Source of the DNA: a virus
Taxonomy: Duplodnaviria; Caudoviricetes
Strand: one strand, 5' to 3'
Length of the DNA: 38,538 nt
Virus record (IMG/VR): IMGVR_UViG_3300020149_000046
Location: 1 to 38,538 of that record
Part shown: piece by piece, positions 1-10,488 of the stretch
Position numbering within the stretch: position 1 is the stretch's first letter
Layout: each line of letters starts with the position of its first letter
Translations under genes and position numbers: made by a program
The notes under the pieces: generated by a model
The model's database searches: none
What the model saw: the letters and a program-made list of their open reading frames with translations, nothing else
Told to the model about the DNA's origin: nothing

Positions 1-3000
1 CTAGACCACGGCCAGTGCCGCCCAGCCGGTATTGCCGGCGCCGCTCTTCTTGATCCATAGCGCTACCTCGCCGGTCGCCACCTTGTCGCTGTAGAGCGAG
101 CCGACCACCGCCGTGACGACCCCCTCCGGCGAGCCCGAGCCCTTAATCCAGACGATATCGTCCTGGGCGTCCGAGAAGTGCTCGGCCCGGTGGCGCGTGG
201 TGCCGTCGCTGCCGCGCCAGCGGAACCGCATGATGCGGTTGCCGGCGTCCGCGGCGAAGTTGAGTTCGCCGTTGGCTGTGGGACTATCGCCCGAGCCGGG
301 AAACAGCCGCGCCCGCTGGATATTGGCCTGGCGGAACCGCTGCGTGGCCGAGCCCAAATCCTGCACGCCATCACCGCTCGGCAGCAGACCCGCGTCGGTC
401 AGCTTGATTACCTCGATCAGCGCCGCCGCCGCATTCATCACCTTGAACGAAATCGCAGAGCGCAGGGCGTCATTGACGGGCGCGCCGTTGAGCACGGCTT
501 CCACGGCCACGGCCCGGACCAGATTGCCCAGCGCGGAATAGCCATAGCCCTCAAAACTCACCAGCGGGTCGCTGGCCTGGGACGGGGTCGGCGCGTCAAC
601 GACGCCGCGGGCATGCACTCCGCGAAACACCGGGCGACCGCCATAGGCGATGGTCTCAAAACCCGTCGTGGTGTTGTCGGCGACCGTCGCCGGCAGCGAG
701 GCAAAGGGCGACGGGAAATCGCCGAGGTCCGCATAAACCGGATCGAAGCGGCGGCCGGCATAGCTGTTCTTGTAGCTCGAGACCCGGCCGGTGATGCGCG
801 GCGCCGGCTTGTCGGGCGGGGCATAGCGGGCCGAGACCATCGTGGCCATGCCGCGACCCGACACGTAATTGTTAAGGCTCGGCAGATCGAGCGAGAGCAG
901 GCCATAGCTGGCGCTGTTGTCCCAGCGAATGAGCGGCATGTCCTGCACCAGCGAGCCCTGGACATTGTGGAATTCGAGGCCGCTCACCAGGTCGCAGACA
1001 TAAATCTGCCCCAGCGCGTTGTCGGCGCGGCCCTCGAAGTCGCCACTGACATAGCCGGTGCAGCGGTCGAACACCGCGTGGAACAGGGAGGTTTCCTGGG
1101 TCTCCTGCGAATTGTACTCCCCATGCCATTTGCCCTCGGGGATGCGCAGCACTACCGCCGCGCTGATGAACAGGCCGATGCCTTTGAAGCGCTCGACGTG
1201 AAAGCCGCTCATCTCCAGATCGTTGGTTTCCGAATCGTCCTCGTCGAAAATGTCGACGGCCGGCGAAAAGCCGACATAAACGCCGCTGGCGTCGGCGGAA
1301 GCCGGGCGGTCGAGCGTGGCGGTGAGGCCGTCGCCGCTGACCGCGACGATCCTGGCCTGCAGCGGCCGCACGCCATCCGTACTGCCCAGCGCCCCGCCGG
1401 CCGAGCCGGCGCGTGCTTCGAGCACCTTGACATTGCGGCCCACATGGATGGCGGCATCAAGGACCGGCGTATCGAACACCAGGGCGGTCGCCCCCTCGTC
1501 GATCGAGGCAATGGCCCCTTCCCAGCACCCGAAAACAAAGTCGAGATCGTATTCGGCAATCGTGGTGGCCGTGGCCGCCGTGGCACTCTCCACCGATTGC
1601 AGGGTGACCAGCACGCGGCCATTGGGTGTGCGCAACAGCAGCGAGCGACCAACGCAGGCAGCGTCGAAATGATCTTCCGACGCTTCCACCGTCTTCGAGC
1701 CGGCGGTGATCTTGAACAGCACGTCGGTGGTATCGCGCCAGCGCCGGTCATGGCCGGCGCCCCAAACGACGACGTCGCTGAAGTCTGAATTATAGACGGC
1801 CGAGAGGCGCAGGGCCGAATTGCCCTTGTAATGGACGAACTGCAGCCGGTTCATCTTGAGGTCGGTGCAATAGCGCTTCTCGAAGATGATCGGGCCTTCG
1901 CCATCGGGCACGCTGTCGCTCACCACCCAGCTGAGGTCTTCGAGCTCCAGGCGCCGTCCGCGCAGCGAAGGCTCTGCCGCGTCGTGACCGGTCCAGGCGA
2001 CCGAATCCACGCCCGAATAGGTGATGGCGAAAATCGTGCCGCGCACCACGTCCCCGCGGATTTTGAGCGCAAAGGGTGAGACGGTCGGGTCGATGAAGCA
2101 GCTGACCGGACCCTTCTGCACGAAAACGCCGGGTCCAGGCAGCGCCAGCACAATGCCTTTGGCGCTGCAATAGGCCAGCCAGGCTTCGATCGCGGCCGTG
2201 TCGTCGGTGCCCGCGCCGGTCGGATAGCCCGACTCGTTGACGGCGCCGTCGCCGAAGGCCCCGAACATGCGCAGGGTGGGGTTGCGCTCCGCCAACTCGA
2301 ACCAGCTGCCATCGGCGGCCTGGAACTTGGCGCTGTGGGCGGGCTCGGCATCCGTCTTGACGTAGAGTGCCCGCTCCCGCGGGGCGGCGTCCGAGAAGCG
2401 ATCGATTTCGACCGTATCCACGGCCGCTAGGTTCAGGGCGGCGGCAGCGCTGCGCGAATTGGCGCGAAACCGGGAGCGCAGACCGATCATCGAACGAATG
2501 CGGGCATCGGCGTCGAGTTTGGGCACCAGAGCGCCACCCTCGACTTTGTAGAGCACACGGCCGCCCTCGGCCGTCTCGTCGGTGAACACGCCGACGACGT
2601 CGCCTTCGGCATAATCGTCCAGCGCGTCGACGGCATCGGCCTTGGTGTCTGCCCAATGGTCGACGCTGCTGACCTCGGAGGCGGCGATCGCGTCAAGCTT
2701 GGCAGCCAGGGCCGCCGCGGCATCGCCAGCGGCCTGGGTCCGGGCGGTCTGAGCCAGCACCCGTGCGGCGTCAGCCGCCGCGGCATAGCCGCCCGCCTCG
2801 GCCGCTTTGGCTTCGGCCGCCTGGCGGTTGATGATGCTGTCCGTGTCGGTGAGCAGGCGGTAGGCGGAGCCACCGTCGATAAAGGCCACCAGCATGCCCG
2901 CTTTCAGCCCGCCCGGCGGAATTGGCGTTCCGATGGCGCCGAGAAGCGGCTTGGCACCCGCCTCATTGAGGTCGAGCGTCACGGGGCCGGTATTGTCCGC

Positions 3001-3438
3001 CATAATCGGCAAGAGGCCGATCGTTGCCATGTCGCCGGCCAGGGACAGCAGCGTATTGGCCGTCAGGGCGTTGGCGTCGCCGCCGGCATTGGTGAGCCGC
3101 ACGACGCCATAGGGCAGCGGCATCGCATAGACCCAGGTCTTGGGCGCGCCATCGACCAGCCGGTAGATGCCGCGATTGGCGGCAATCGGATCGTCGTAAA
3201 CCCAGCCCATGAACGGCGCGTCGTGATCGAGATCGGCCAGCAAATCCGCCTTGCTCGCATAAAGACCGGCATTGGCGCCGACCGACTTGAGCGGGGCATG
3301 CTGGAGCAGCAGGTTGGCCAGCGCGTCGATATTGATGACCACTGTTTCCCGCTCGCCCAAGGCGTTTCGATTGCCCAGGACCTGGTCGACGACCGCGCGA
3401 GCGGTAAGAGCGGTGGACGTGACGCCGGCGAGAGACAT
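1..3438 (-). CDS. Tail fiber/tail spike with pectin-lyase-like beta-helix
   Basis: Last tail gene; Ala-rich linker; 'MFGAFGDG...TDDTAAIEAW' beta-helix start motif; C-terminal 'GSGSPEGVVTA..GSLY..K.SG.GNTGW' motif; AGGAG upstream. Confidence 0.8.
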   Translation of the reverse strand: MSLAGVTSTALTARAVVDQVLGNRNALGERETVVINIDALANLLLQHAPLKSVGANAGLYASKADLLADLDHDAPFMGWVYDDPIAANRGIYRLVDGAPKTWVYAMPLPYGVVRLTNAGGDANALTANTLLSLAGDMATIGLLPIMADNTGPVTLDLNEAGAKPLLGAIGTPIPPGGLKAGMLVAFIDGGSAYRLLTDTDSIINRQAAEAKAAEAGGYAAAADAARVLAQTARTQAAGDAAAALAAKLDAIAASEVSSVDHWADTKADAVDALDDYAEGDVVGVFTDETAEGGRVLYKVEGGALVPKLDADARIRSMIGLRSRFRANSRSAAAALNLAAVDTVEIDRFSDAAPRERALYVKTDAEPAHSAKFQAADGSWFELAERNPTLRMFGAFGDGAVNESGYPTGAGTDDTAAIEAWLAYCSAKGIVLALPGPGVFVQKGPVSCFIDPTVSPFALKIRGDVVRGTIFAITYSGVDSVAWTGHDAAEPSLRGRRLELEDLSWVVSDSVPDGEGPIIFEKRYCTDLKMNRLQFVHYKGNSALRLSAVYNSDFSDVVVWGAGHDRRWRDTTDVLFKITAGSKTVEASEDHFDAACVGRSLLLRTPNGRVLVTLQSVESATAATATTIAEYDLDFVFGCWEGAIASIDEGATALVFDTPVLDAAIHVGRNVKVLEARAGSAGGALGSTDGVRPLQARIVAVSGDGLTATLDRPASADASGVYVGFSPAVDIFDEDDSETNDLEMSGFHVERFKGIGLFISAAVVLRIPEGKWHGEYNSQETQETSLFHAVFDRCTGYVSGDFEGRADNALGQIYVCDLVSGLEFHNVQGSLVQDMPLIRWDNSASYGLLSLDLPSLNNYVSGRGMATMVSARYAPPDKPAPRITGRVSSYKNSYAGRRFDPVYADLGDFPSPFASLPATVADNTTTGFETIAYGGRPVFRGVHARGVVDAPTPSQASDPLVSFEGYGYSALGNLVRAVAVEAVLNGAPVNDALRSAISFKVMNAAAALIEVIKLTDAGLLPSGDGVQDLGSATQRFRQANIQRARLFPGSGDSPTANGELNFAADAGNRIMRFRWRGSDGTTRHRAEHFSDAQDDIVWIKGSGSPEGVVTAVVGSLYSDKVATGEVALWIKKSGAGNTGWAALAVV

Positions 3439-3449
3439 GGCTGGACTCC

Positions 3450-6400
3450 TTAAATGATGTCGATGACCGGCAGGCCGTGGGGCGGGCTTTCGAGCCCCTC
3501 GGCATTGGCGGTGGTGATGAAGTAGTAGTGCTGGCCCTGCGGCAATGTCGTCGCGGTCTGCTCGAAGAGCACGACGTCATCGAGCGCGCCGTCGAAATCG
3601 GCATCGGCCGCGAAGGTCAGGGCATCGTTGCCCGCGGCGGCGACCAGAACGCCGGTCCAGGCGCCATCGGCCGACCAGGCGGGCCCATCGACAGCGCTGC
3701 CGCCCGCAAGGCCGATACCGACCGCGCCATCCGCGCGATCTGTGACCAGAACCCGATAGCGATAGGTTTTGCCGGCCTCGAGCGCGATAGCCTGCTGCAG
3801 CGCCGCGGCGGTGCCGGGCGTCTTTGTCGCCCTCCCCGTGTCGATGGTCCAGCCGCTGCCCGTGTCCCAAGGTCCGGCGTCATCGAAGCCGGGCGCCGCG
3901 ACAAGGTTGATCCGGGTCGCGTCGCCATCGATATGGGCATAGCTTGCCGAGGCCAGCACGCCATCGAGAACGGCGACCAGGTTGGCGGTGCCGAACGAAT
4001 CGATGCTGTTGCGGTAGATGCGCACCTCGGTGACGCTCTCGTCGGCCGGGGTCGCCAGCACCAGGCTGGCGCTGCCCAATCCGGCAATGATCGAGGCGGA
4101 AACGACCGGATCGGGCGCGGCGGGCGGAACCGGCACGCCGACATGGGCAATGTCGGTCCAGTCGGAGCCGACGCCGCCGGCCGAAATGGCCTGCACCTGC
4201 CAGTCGATCAGGTCGCCCGGCGCGTAGCCCCCAACGGTGAGCGCGCCGGACCCGGCCGCGCCGGTGACTGGCGCCAACCAGGCCACCGCGCCATTGAGGC
4301 GATGGCGGAGGGCATAGCTGGCGACGACGACCGGGCTGGCGCCAGGCTCGAGCAGCACCGAAAAGCCATCGGCATAAGTTTCGAGGCCGCGCACCAGAGG
4401 CATTGCCGGGGCGGCGGTGTCATTATCGAGCGCGCCGCCAACACGGCCATCCCATGCCGGGGGCACTTCGGCGTCGGTCAATGCGTCGATTTCCGGAGCC
4501 TCGGCCACGGCGGTGACGATGGAGGTCATGTCTTCGCCCGCTTCGACACCGGTAACGATCAGCGCGACGCTTTCCTTGCCCGCTTCGCCGAAATGGATGG
4601 GCTCGCCCTCATCGGGCATGGCGCCGGTGCCCGTCAGCGTGATGGCGTCATGCCGGCCGGCATTGACGATGACGCTGCGCACCAGGCTCTGCAAGGCGTC
4701 ACCATCGCCGAAGACCCGATAGCGGCAGGCATAGGCCTTACCCTCGACCATATCGATCGGCCCATCGAGTTCGATCAGATTGCCGATGATGCGCCTGGCA
4801 CGGCGCACCGCCAGCGTGTGTTCAAGCGTATCGAACGCCCCGAGGACGCGGTCGCCCCGTGTCGCCTGCCGCGCGGCGCCGGCCTGCATGGCGGTGAACC
4901 GGTCCGGCCGCCAGGTCAGTTCGTGCATGCGCCGACGCGCCTCGATCCAGACCTGCGCCGGATCGGTGACGCCCGGCAGGTCGATGGCCTGGGTGACCTC
5001 GATGTCGCCGGCGCCGCCGGGCCAGGGCACGACGCGCTCGGCCGAGCGGTAGTCGGCCGTACTGTCGAGGAAGGTTACCCGAAAGGCGTCGGGTGGACGG
5101 AAATAGGTGCGCGACCAGCTAAAGCTGGACGCATTGATACCGTTGATGTGATCGATGATCGGCTCGCCGGCCCGGTCGATGATGACGCCCCAGCGCCGGC
5201 CGTCATGCCGGGGCGTGGCCCGGCCGGCCGCGGCGATATCGGCGAGAACGTCCCACTGGCTCGCCTCGAAATCGTGGATGCGGTCATATTTGAGGCCGCG
5301 AGCGGTACAGAATTCGTGCCATTCCGCCAGGAGGTCGAGATCGAGATTGGCGTCGGGCTCGGGGAAGGTCGCGGCCGCGCCCTGCAACGCAAAGCGGAAC
5401 AGTGAAGCCGGATTGCGTGTTTCGCGGGTAATCCAGGTCCCGCTGGCCTTGTCCCAATCGGGGCAGATGCGCGTGGCCACCACATTGACAGTATCGAGAG
5501 CGCCATTGAGCTGATGGGTGGCCTTGATGCGCAGGGCCAGCAGGGCCAGCGGCTTGTGGAACGCGATTGGATATTCCGGCCGGAACCCCTGCAGAGCGAC
5601 CCAGACCGAACGATCCGATTGTTGCGTGCTGGTACGTTCCTCGGTCACGCGGGTGAGGCGCACTTCGTAGCGGCCGCGTGCCGGCAGGGTCCAGCGATAG
5701 ACCCTGAAGAAACCTTCGGTCTGCCGCCCGGTAAAGGTCAGCGTGTGGACCGTCGCCCAGGCGCCGCCGATCGGCCGCTGCTCGACCCGGATCACCACGG
5801 ACAGGCTCTGGCGATTGCCGGCATTGTCGAAACTGATGAGGCCGGCGGGAAAGCCGACAATGATGGCTGCCTCGGCGATGTCGCTGGCCGTGGCGCGCGA
5901 GACCGGCGCCTCCGGGCCCGCGCCGCCACCGGTGACCGGAGCGCCGGCGCTGTCGCGCGGATAATCGCGCCGCAGTTCGACGCCAAGATTTTCCTCGAGA
6001 ACCTGGCTCGGGTACAGCCGCGACGGCGCATCGTCCGCATAGCCGCTGCGGATTTCGATCTCCACGTCGCTGAAACTGGCGATCGGCGTCTCGCCGATCC
6101 GCAGGTCTTCTATGGCCAAGGGGCCACAGCCCAACAGGAACAGCGCGCGCACATATTGATCGTCGCCGACGATCTCGGTCCAGTTGGAGGCGGCAAAGCA
6201 CGGGGCGACCCGGTGGCGGCCCATGATGGCCGGGACGATGCCGCCCGGATTGAGCGGATTGCGCCAGCCGGAAATGGCAAAGGTCGGCCGCTCCGCGTCG
6301 CGGCCGCGGCCTGTGCTCGAGGAGGATGAGCGCATAGGCACCAGCGCGTTGATGAGCAGGCCGCCCAGCGCATTGACGCCGATGGTGATGCCGGCGGAAA

Positions 6401-6779
6401 TCAGGCCCACGGCCAGGGCCGAGCCACCGAAGCCCAACGCACCGGCAATGACCGGAGCCCAGATCTGACCCAGGGCGATGGCCGCCACCGAAACCACGAT
6501 GGTCAGCACGCTTTTCAATGCATCCTCGGCCGGCACTAAACGCAACACCACCTGGATACCGGCCCTGGGCCGCACGCGCGACCAATTGGCGGCCGGCACA
6601 AGGGCAAAGCGGCCGCGGCCATCGCTCAGCGCCACCCGCAGGCGCAGGCGCTGGCTCTCGGCCAGCTCACCCAGAGCCAGATGGACCATTTCGGCCAGGG
6701 TCAGGCCCTCGGGCAGGTCGAGCCGCACCCGGCCCTGGCCGGGATCGAACATGGGCATGGCCAGCACCGGCACGCTCAT
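3450..6779 (-). CDS. Host-specificity/central tail tip protein (TipJ-like, with gpI-like N-terminus)
   Basis: Start revised to MSVPVLAM (overlaps NlpC/P60 stop); 'TRNPASLFRFAL', 'IDLPGVTDPAQVW' motifs; FN3-like C-terminus. Confidence 0.85.
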   Translation of the reverse strand: MSVPVLAMPMFDPGQGRVRLDLPEGLTLAEMVHLALGELAESQRLRLRVALSDGRGRFALVPAANWSRVRPRAGIQVVLRLVPAEDALKSVLTIVVSVAAIALGQIWAPVIAGALGFGGSALAVGLISAGITIGVNALGGLLINALVPMRSSSSSTGRGRDAERPTFAISGWRNPLNPGGIVPAIMGRHRVAPCFAASNWTEIVGDDQYVRALFLLGCGPLAIEDLRIGETPIASFSDVEIEIRSGYADDAPSRLYPSQVLEENLGVELRRDYPRDSAGAPVTGGGAGPEAPVSRATASDIAEAAIIVGFPAGLISFDNAGNRQSLSVVIRVEQRPIGGAWATVHTLTFTGRQTEGFFRVYRWTLPARGRYEVRLTRVTEERTSTQQSDRSVWVALQGFRPEYPIAFHKPLALLALRIKATHQLNGALDTVNVVATRICPDWDKASGTWITRETRNPASLFRFALQGAAATFPEPDANLDLDLLAEWHEFCTARGLKYDRIHDFEASQWDVLADIAAAGRATPRHDGRRWGVIIDRAGEPIIDHINGINASSFSWSRTYFRPPDAFRVTFLDSTADYRSAERVVPWPGGAGDIEVTQAIDLPGVTDPAQVWIEARRRMHELTWRPDRFTAMQAGAARQATRGDRVLGAFDTLEHTLAVRRARRIIGNLIELDGPIDMVEGKAYACRYRVFGDGDALQSLVRSVIVNAGRHDAITLTGTGAMPDEGEPIHFGEAGKESVALIVTGVEAGEDMTSIVTAVAEAPEIDALTDAEVPPAWDGRVGGALDNDTAAPAMPLVRGLETYADGFSVLLEPGASPVVVASYALRHRLNGAVAWLAPVTGAAGSGALTVGGYAPGDLIDWQVQAISAGGVGSDWTDIAHVGVPVPPAAPDPVVSASIIAGLGSASLVLATPADESVTEVRIYRNSIDSFGTANLVAVLDGVLASASYAHIDGDATRINLVAAPGFDDAGPWDTGSGWTIDTGRATKTPGTAAALQQAIALEAGKTYRYRVLVTDRADGAVGIGLAGGSAVDGPAWSADGAWTGVLVAAAGNDALTFAADADFDGALDDVVLFEQTATTLPQGQHYYFITTANAEGLESPPHGLPVIDII

Positions 6780-7210
6780 GAGATCAGCTCCCGGTGCCGC
6801 CAGAAGCCCGCAAGCCGTGGCGCCCAGCGCGCACCGGTCCAGGTTTCCGCGCGCGTGCCATGGCGCTCGGCCGCGTGCAGCATCAATTGACGTCGTGGAT
6901 CGACGACGAGGCCCACATGCGCATCGAACCGGCCGCGCCGGAACAATACGACATCCATTGCCCGTGCGTCCGCCGGGGCGATGCATTGCCAGGATGGGCT
7001 GGACTTTGCCGCACCGATGAGGCCGTCGATTTCCGCCATTTCGGCACTGGAAAGATAATCGCCGGCATAGGAGGGCAGATCAATGCCCGCCAGTTCGGCG
7101 AAGGCCAGCCTGACCAGGCCCCAGCAATCGACGCCGGCGCGGCTGCGGCCGCGATCGATAACGGGCAGGCCTACCAGTTCGGGCCAGCGGTGCAGTGCCA
7201 TCTCCCTCAT
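6776..7210 (-). CDS. NlpC/P60 tail tip protein (gpK-like)
   Basis: 'GRSRAGVDCWGLV', 'HVGLVV', 'MLHA' catalytic motifs; alternative start at 7201. Confidence 0.9.
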   Translation of the reverse strand: MREMALHRWPELVGLPVIDRGRSRAGVDCWGLVRLAFAELAGIDLPSYAGDYLSSAEMAEIDGLIGAAKSSPSWQCIAPADARAMDVVLFRRGRFDAHVGLVVDPRRQLMLHAAERHGTRAETWTGARWAPRLAGFWRHRELIS

Positions 7211-7725
7211 GGCCAGAGCCCCGGAAAACGCGAGCGCGTCATCTTGCCCGATGGCCAGGGTTCGGCGGTCAGCCTGTCCCGCGAGAGGCTGAGCGTAACC
7301 AGGTCATCGGCACCCTCGGCGGAGACCAGGTCGAGGCCGCGCTGCTCGAATTCGACCAGGTCGGGCGATGCGGCCAGCACCACCGCCATATCCACCACGG
7401 CCGGCGTGGTGAAGCCGCGCAGCAGCGCCGCGATGGAATTGTCGACATTGGCAAAGCTCAGCCGCGCCGTCGCCGGCGCGTCGGCCTTGTCGTCCGGAAC
7501 CAGTGCCGAAACCAGCACGAACAGGTAGGGCGAGCCATCTTCCGTCAGCCAGCTCGACCGGGTCCCATAGCGCAAGGGGTCGATCGAGAGCCGTTCGGTT
7601 GGATCGGTGGAGAGCCTGATCGGTGCGCCGAGGTCCGGATGCGTGATGCGGAAGAGCACCACTTCGATTTCGGCCGAGCCCTGGGCATCCGCCGCCAGGC
7701 GCGCATTGAGCGATACCGACCTCAT
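7207..7725 (-). CDS. DUF1833-like minor tail protein
   Basis: Start MRSVSLNAR; 'LFRITHPDL..PIRL' and C-terminal 'EPWP...FPGLW'; position before NlpC/P60. Confidence 0.75.
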   Translation of the reverse strand: MRSVSLNARLAADAQGSAEIEVVLFRITHPDLGAPIRLSTDPTERLSIDPLRYGTRSSWLTEDGSPYLFVLVSALVPDDKADAPATARLSFANVDNSIAALLRGFTTPAVVDMAVVLAASPDLVEFEQRGLDLVSAEGADDLVTLSLSRDRLTAEPWPSGKMTRSRFPGLWP

Positions 7726-8144
7726 GGCAAAACCCCCAGGGTGAACGAGACGCTGAACGACACGCCGACCGGCCGGCGGCTGGGCAGGCTCTTGCCGAAC
7801 AGGCACAACCAGGTGCCGGCGAGCAGGATCGGCCGACCATCGGCGGTCAGCAACGGCGCGCCATCGGCCGCCAGCAGCGGCCAGCCCTCGGTCGTGGGAT
7901 CGGGCATGATGAAAACCCGGGCGCCACGACCCAATTCGTCATTGTAGAACCGATCGAAGATTGCCAGTTGATTGCGGTCGAGGATCAAAGTCATGGCGAC
8001 CGGCCGCGCCGCGCTCGAATAGCGGGCCCGCGGCACCAGCGGCGCCGCGTCGGGCTGGAACAGCCGGCGTGTTTCGCCGTCGTCGAGCGAAAAGCCGTCG
8101 CGCAGCGGCCGATCCAGTTCGGGGGGAAATTGCGGCACGCTCAT
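7722..8144 (-). CDS. Distal tail / minor tail protein
   Basis: Directly after tape measure; 'FDRFYNDELGRGARVFIMPDP' pattern. Confidence 0.65.
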   Translation of the reverse strand: MSVPQFPPELDRPLRDGFSLDDGETRRLFQPDAAPLVPRARYSSAARPVAMTLILDRNQLAIFDRFYNDELGRGARVFIMPDPTTEGWPLLAADGAPLLTADGRPILLAGTWLCLFGKSLPSRRPVGVSFSVSFTLGVLP

Positions 8145-10090
8145 CGGGACACCAATGCGCCGGCGCCGGCCAGTGCGCGTTGCGCCGGACCGCGCGGCGT
8201 CGAAATCGCCTTGCCCACCGCTTCGCCCAACATGATATCGACCCGGCGCCCGCCTTTATTATTGTCGCTTTCCTCGACACTGGCCGTCTGGCCGGGCGTG
8301 GGATGGATATGGATTTCGACATTGGCGCCAGCGCCGCCATATTTGCGGGCCAGATCGGACGGCCAGCCGATCTCCTCTCCCGCCATGCCGATGAACGGCA
8401 CCTCGCCCGAGCCGAGCGCCGGCGTGCCGGTATGATGGCGTGGCGCTGCGGCAAAGACCGAAGGATCGACCAGGCGCGTCGTCGCGGCGGCCCCGATAAG
8501 GGCACCCTCATGACCGACGCCGACCTGGAAGCCCAGCCGCAACCCGGCGCCGCCGCCAAGGCCGGGAAGACCGCCGGTCAACGCCCCCAGCAGGAGATCG
8601 AAGACGCCGTTGACCACCATTTCCTGCGCCTTGCGCGCCAAAGAGGCCAGCACGTTGTTGGCCGCATTGCCCCAGGCCTCCCAGGTCGATTGGCCGGCCG
8701 CCTGCGCCTGCTCGACATCGGAGAAAAACGAGAGGACGGCCCCTCGCGCACCCTCGATCAGGCCCGGCAGGTCGGAAAAACCGCCCAGCAGCCAGGCCAG
8801 CGGATTGGAATTGCTCAACGATAGACCGGTACTCGGCCGGGCGGCTGCGGCGCCGACAACGCCGCCAGCCGCATAGCCGGGCAGGCTGCCCGAGCGCAGG
8901 GCCTCAAGCGTGTCGACGCCGATCCGCGCAGTGGCGGCCGCATCGAACACGAATTCATTCTTGTGGACGACCCCGGCAATTTCGTGCGCCGGGCCCTCCG
9001 GCGTCGCCCCGCCAGCCGCATAGCCCGGCAGCTCGAGCGGCAGCGCGGCGCTGCTTTGTTGCGGCACGCCACCCCTGGCGCCGATCGAGGCCAGCAATCC
9101 ATCGATCTGGCTCAGCGGCGCGATCGCCGCCTGCGCCGCATTGGCCGAGGCCTCGATACCGCCGGCGGCCTGGTTGAGGCCAATGCCGGCATTGCCGGCA
9201 TTGGTGCCCAAACTCGCATAATCATCGGCGGCGCCACCCAGGGCGGTCGCTGCCGCATCCGCATTGCCCTGCAGGCCGGCCAGCAAATCCTTGGCCCGCT
9301 CCAGTTCGGCCTGCACTTCGGCGAGCTTTTCCGTGTCTTCCAGGATCGCCGTGGCATAGCGCCGGCCGGGATCGTCCGTGCTGAGCGTTTCGGCAAGGTC
9401 GGTGACCTTGCCCCGAAACGCGATGACATCGGCCTCGCCCTCGGCCAGTTCACGGCGGAAATCGGCGACGAGCCGCTGCAGCGGCGAGCCGGCCGGCCCT
9501 TGCCCGGCCTGGATGGCATTGCTGCCCCAGAAGCCGCCCGACAGCAGGTCCTCCTGCTGGCGCGAAAAGGCGGACTGCAGATCGGTGATGGATTGCTGCT
9601 GCTCGAAGCGCAGCAGCGACGGGGTTACGGTGCCATAGTTCGACGCCGCGCCCTGGGCGCCCTCGAAAGCGCCCTTGATGCGCTCGATCAGTTCCGCCTG
9701 GTTTTTCAGCGCCCGTTCGACCTGCGGGCCCGAAGTGGTCACCTCGAGGACGTAATTTCGGACTGCGCCCGTAACCGCGCCGGTCGCCCAGCCAACGGCT
9801 TCGGAGGCCAGTGCGCCGGCAATGCCGCCGACCGCACCGAGCGCCAGATCGCGCAGCCCGCCGAATTTGGGGCTGGCCTGGTCGATGGCGCTGCCCAATG
9901 CCTCGACCTTGCCGGCGGCGTCGCCGCCCTTGTCGGCCACCAGAGCCAGACCATCGCCCACGGCATCGACCTTGGGCGCGGCCGTGCCGGCGGCCTTGTC
10001 GAGCTTATCAATGCCCGAGGCCGTGTCTTCCAGCGCCTGCTTGGCGCCGGTCTGGTCGCCATCGATGACCAGGGCAACGCGCAGGCTCAT
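8141..10090 (-). CDS. Tail tape measure protein
   Basis: 649 aa, Ala/Gly-rich; 'GYAAGG..AGVVHKNEFVF' motif; follows tail chaperones. Confidence 0.88.
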   Translation of the reverse strand: MSLRVALVIDGDQTGAKQALEDTASGIDKLDKAAGTAAPKVDAVGDGLALVADKGGDAAGKVEALGSAIDQASPKFGGLRDLALGAVGGIAGALASEAVGWATGAVTGAVRNYVLEVTTSGPQVERALKNQAELIERIKGAFEGAQGAASNYGTVTPSLLRFEQQQSITDLQSAFSRQQEDLLSGGFWGSNAIQAGQGPAGSPLQRLVADFRRELAEGEADVIAFRGKVTDLAETLSTDDPGRRYATAILEDTEKLAEVQAELERAKDLLAGLQGNADAAATALGGAADDYASLGTNAGNAGIGLNQAAGGIEASANAAQAAIAPLSQIDGLLASIGARGGVPQQSSAALPLELPGYAAGGATPEGPAHEIAGVVHKNEFVFDAAATARIGVDTLEALRSGSLPGYAAGGVVGAAAARPSTGLSLSNSNPLAWLLGGFSDLPGLIEGARGAVLSFFSDVEQAQAAGQSTWEAWGNAANNVLASLARKAQEMVVNGVFDLLLGALTGGLPGLGGGAGLRLGFQVGVGHEGALIGAAATTRLVDPSVFAAAPRHHTGTPALGSGEVPFIGMAGEEIGWPSDLARKYGGAGANVEIHIHPTPGQTASVEESDNNKGGRRVDIMLGEAVGKAISTPRGPAQRALAGAGALVSR

Positions 10091-10488
10091 GCTCGTGCCT
10101 CATTGAGCGCGCGGCGGGCCGCCTGTTCCATGACCATTAGCCCAGCCCAAAGGTCGGCATTGATGCGCAGTCGCCAGCCCGCGAGGCCGGCGCGGACACC
10201 GGCATAATCGAGGCCATCCCAAACCGTCGTCGGACGCCCATCAATGATGGCCAGGTGAGTGCGCCACTGGCTGGCAATGAGCAGGAAAGCGGTGACGATA
10301 TCGACATTGTGGCGCCAGACTCGCATTCCGCCGCCGGTGGCCGGCATGGCCAGGTGCCGGCGCAGGCCCGCCAGTTCCTCCGGCGTGGCGCCCCAGGCCA
10401 TGGCATCGGCGATGGCGCCGTCGCCATCAATCTGTTCCCGGGGCGCGGCGACCAGCTCTCCCGACACCCAGGCGCGGGCCGCCGCCAT
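10087..10488 (-). CDS. DUF1799-like tail assembly chaperone (frameshifted C-terminal part)
   Basis: 'FL.IASQWR...GLDYAGV...LMVMEQAA' motif; -1 frame relative to upstream chaperone. Confidence 0.8.
   Translation of the reverse strand: MAAARAWVSGELVAAPREQIDGDGAIADAMAWGATPEELAGLRRHLAMPATGGGMRVWRHNVDIVTAFLLIASQWRTHLAIIDGRPTTVWDGLDYAGVRAGLAGWRLRINADLWAGLMVMEQAARRALNEARA

Noticed and set aside
1-3438. Invertible tail-fiber segment or diversity-generating retroelement
   Set aside because: No invertase, reverse transcriptase or duplicated template region in the window; sequence beyond the left edge cannot be assessed
8862-9030. 17-bp direct repeat CCGCCAGCCGCATAGCC in the tape measure gene
   Set aside because: Encodes the recurring GYAAGG peptide typical of tape measure proteins
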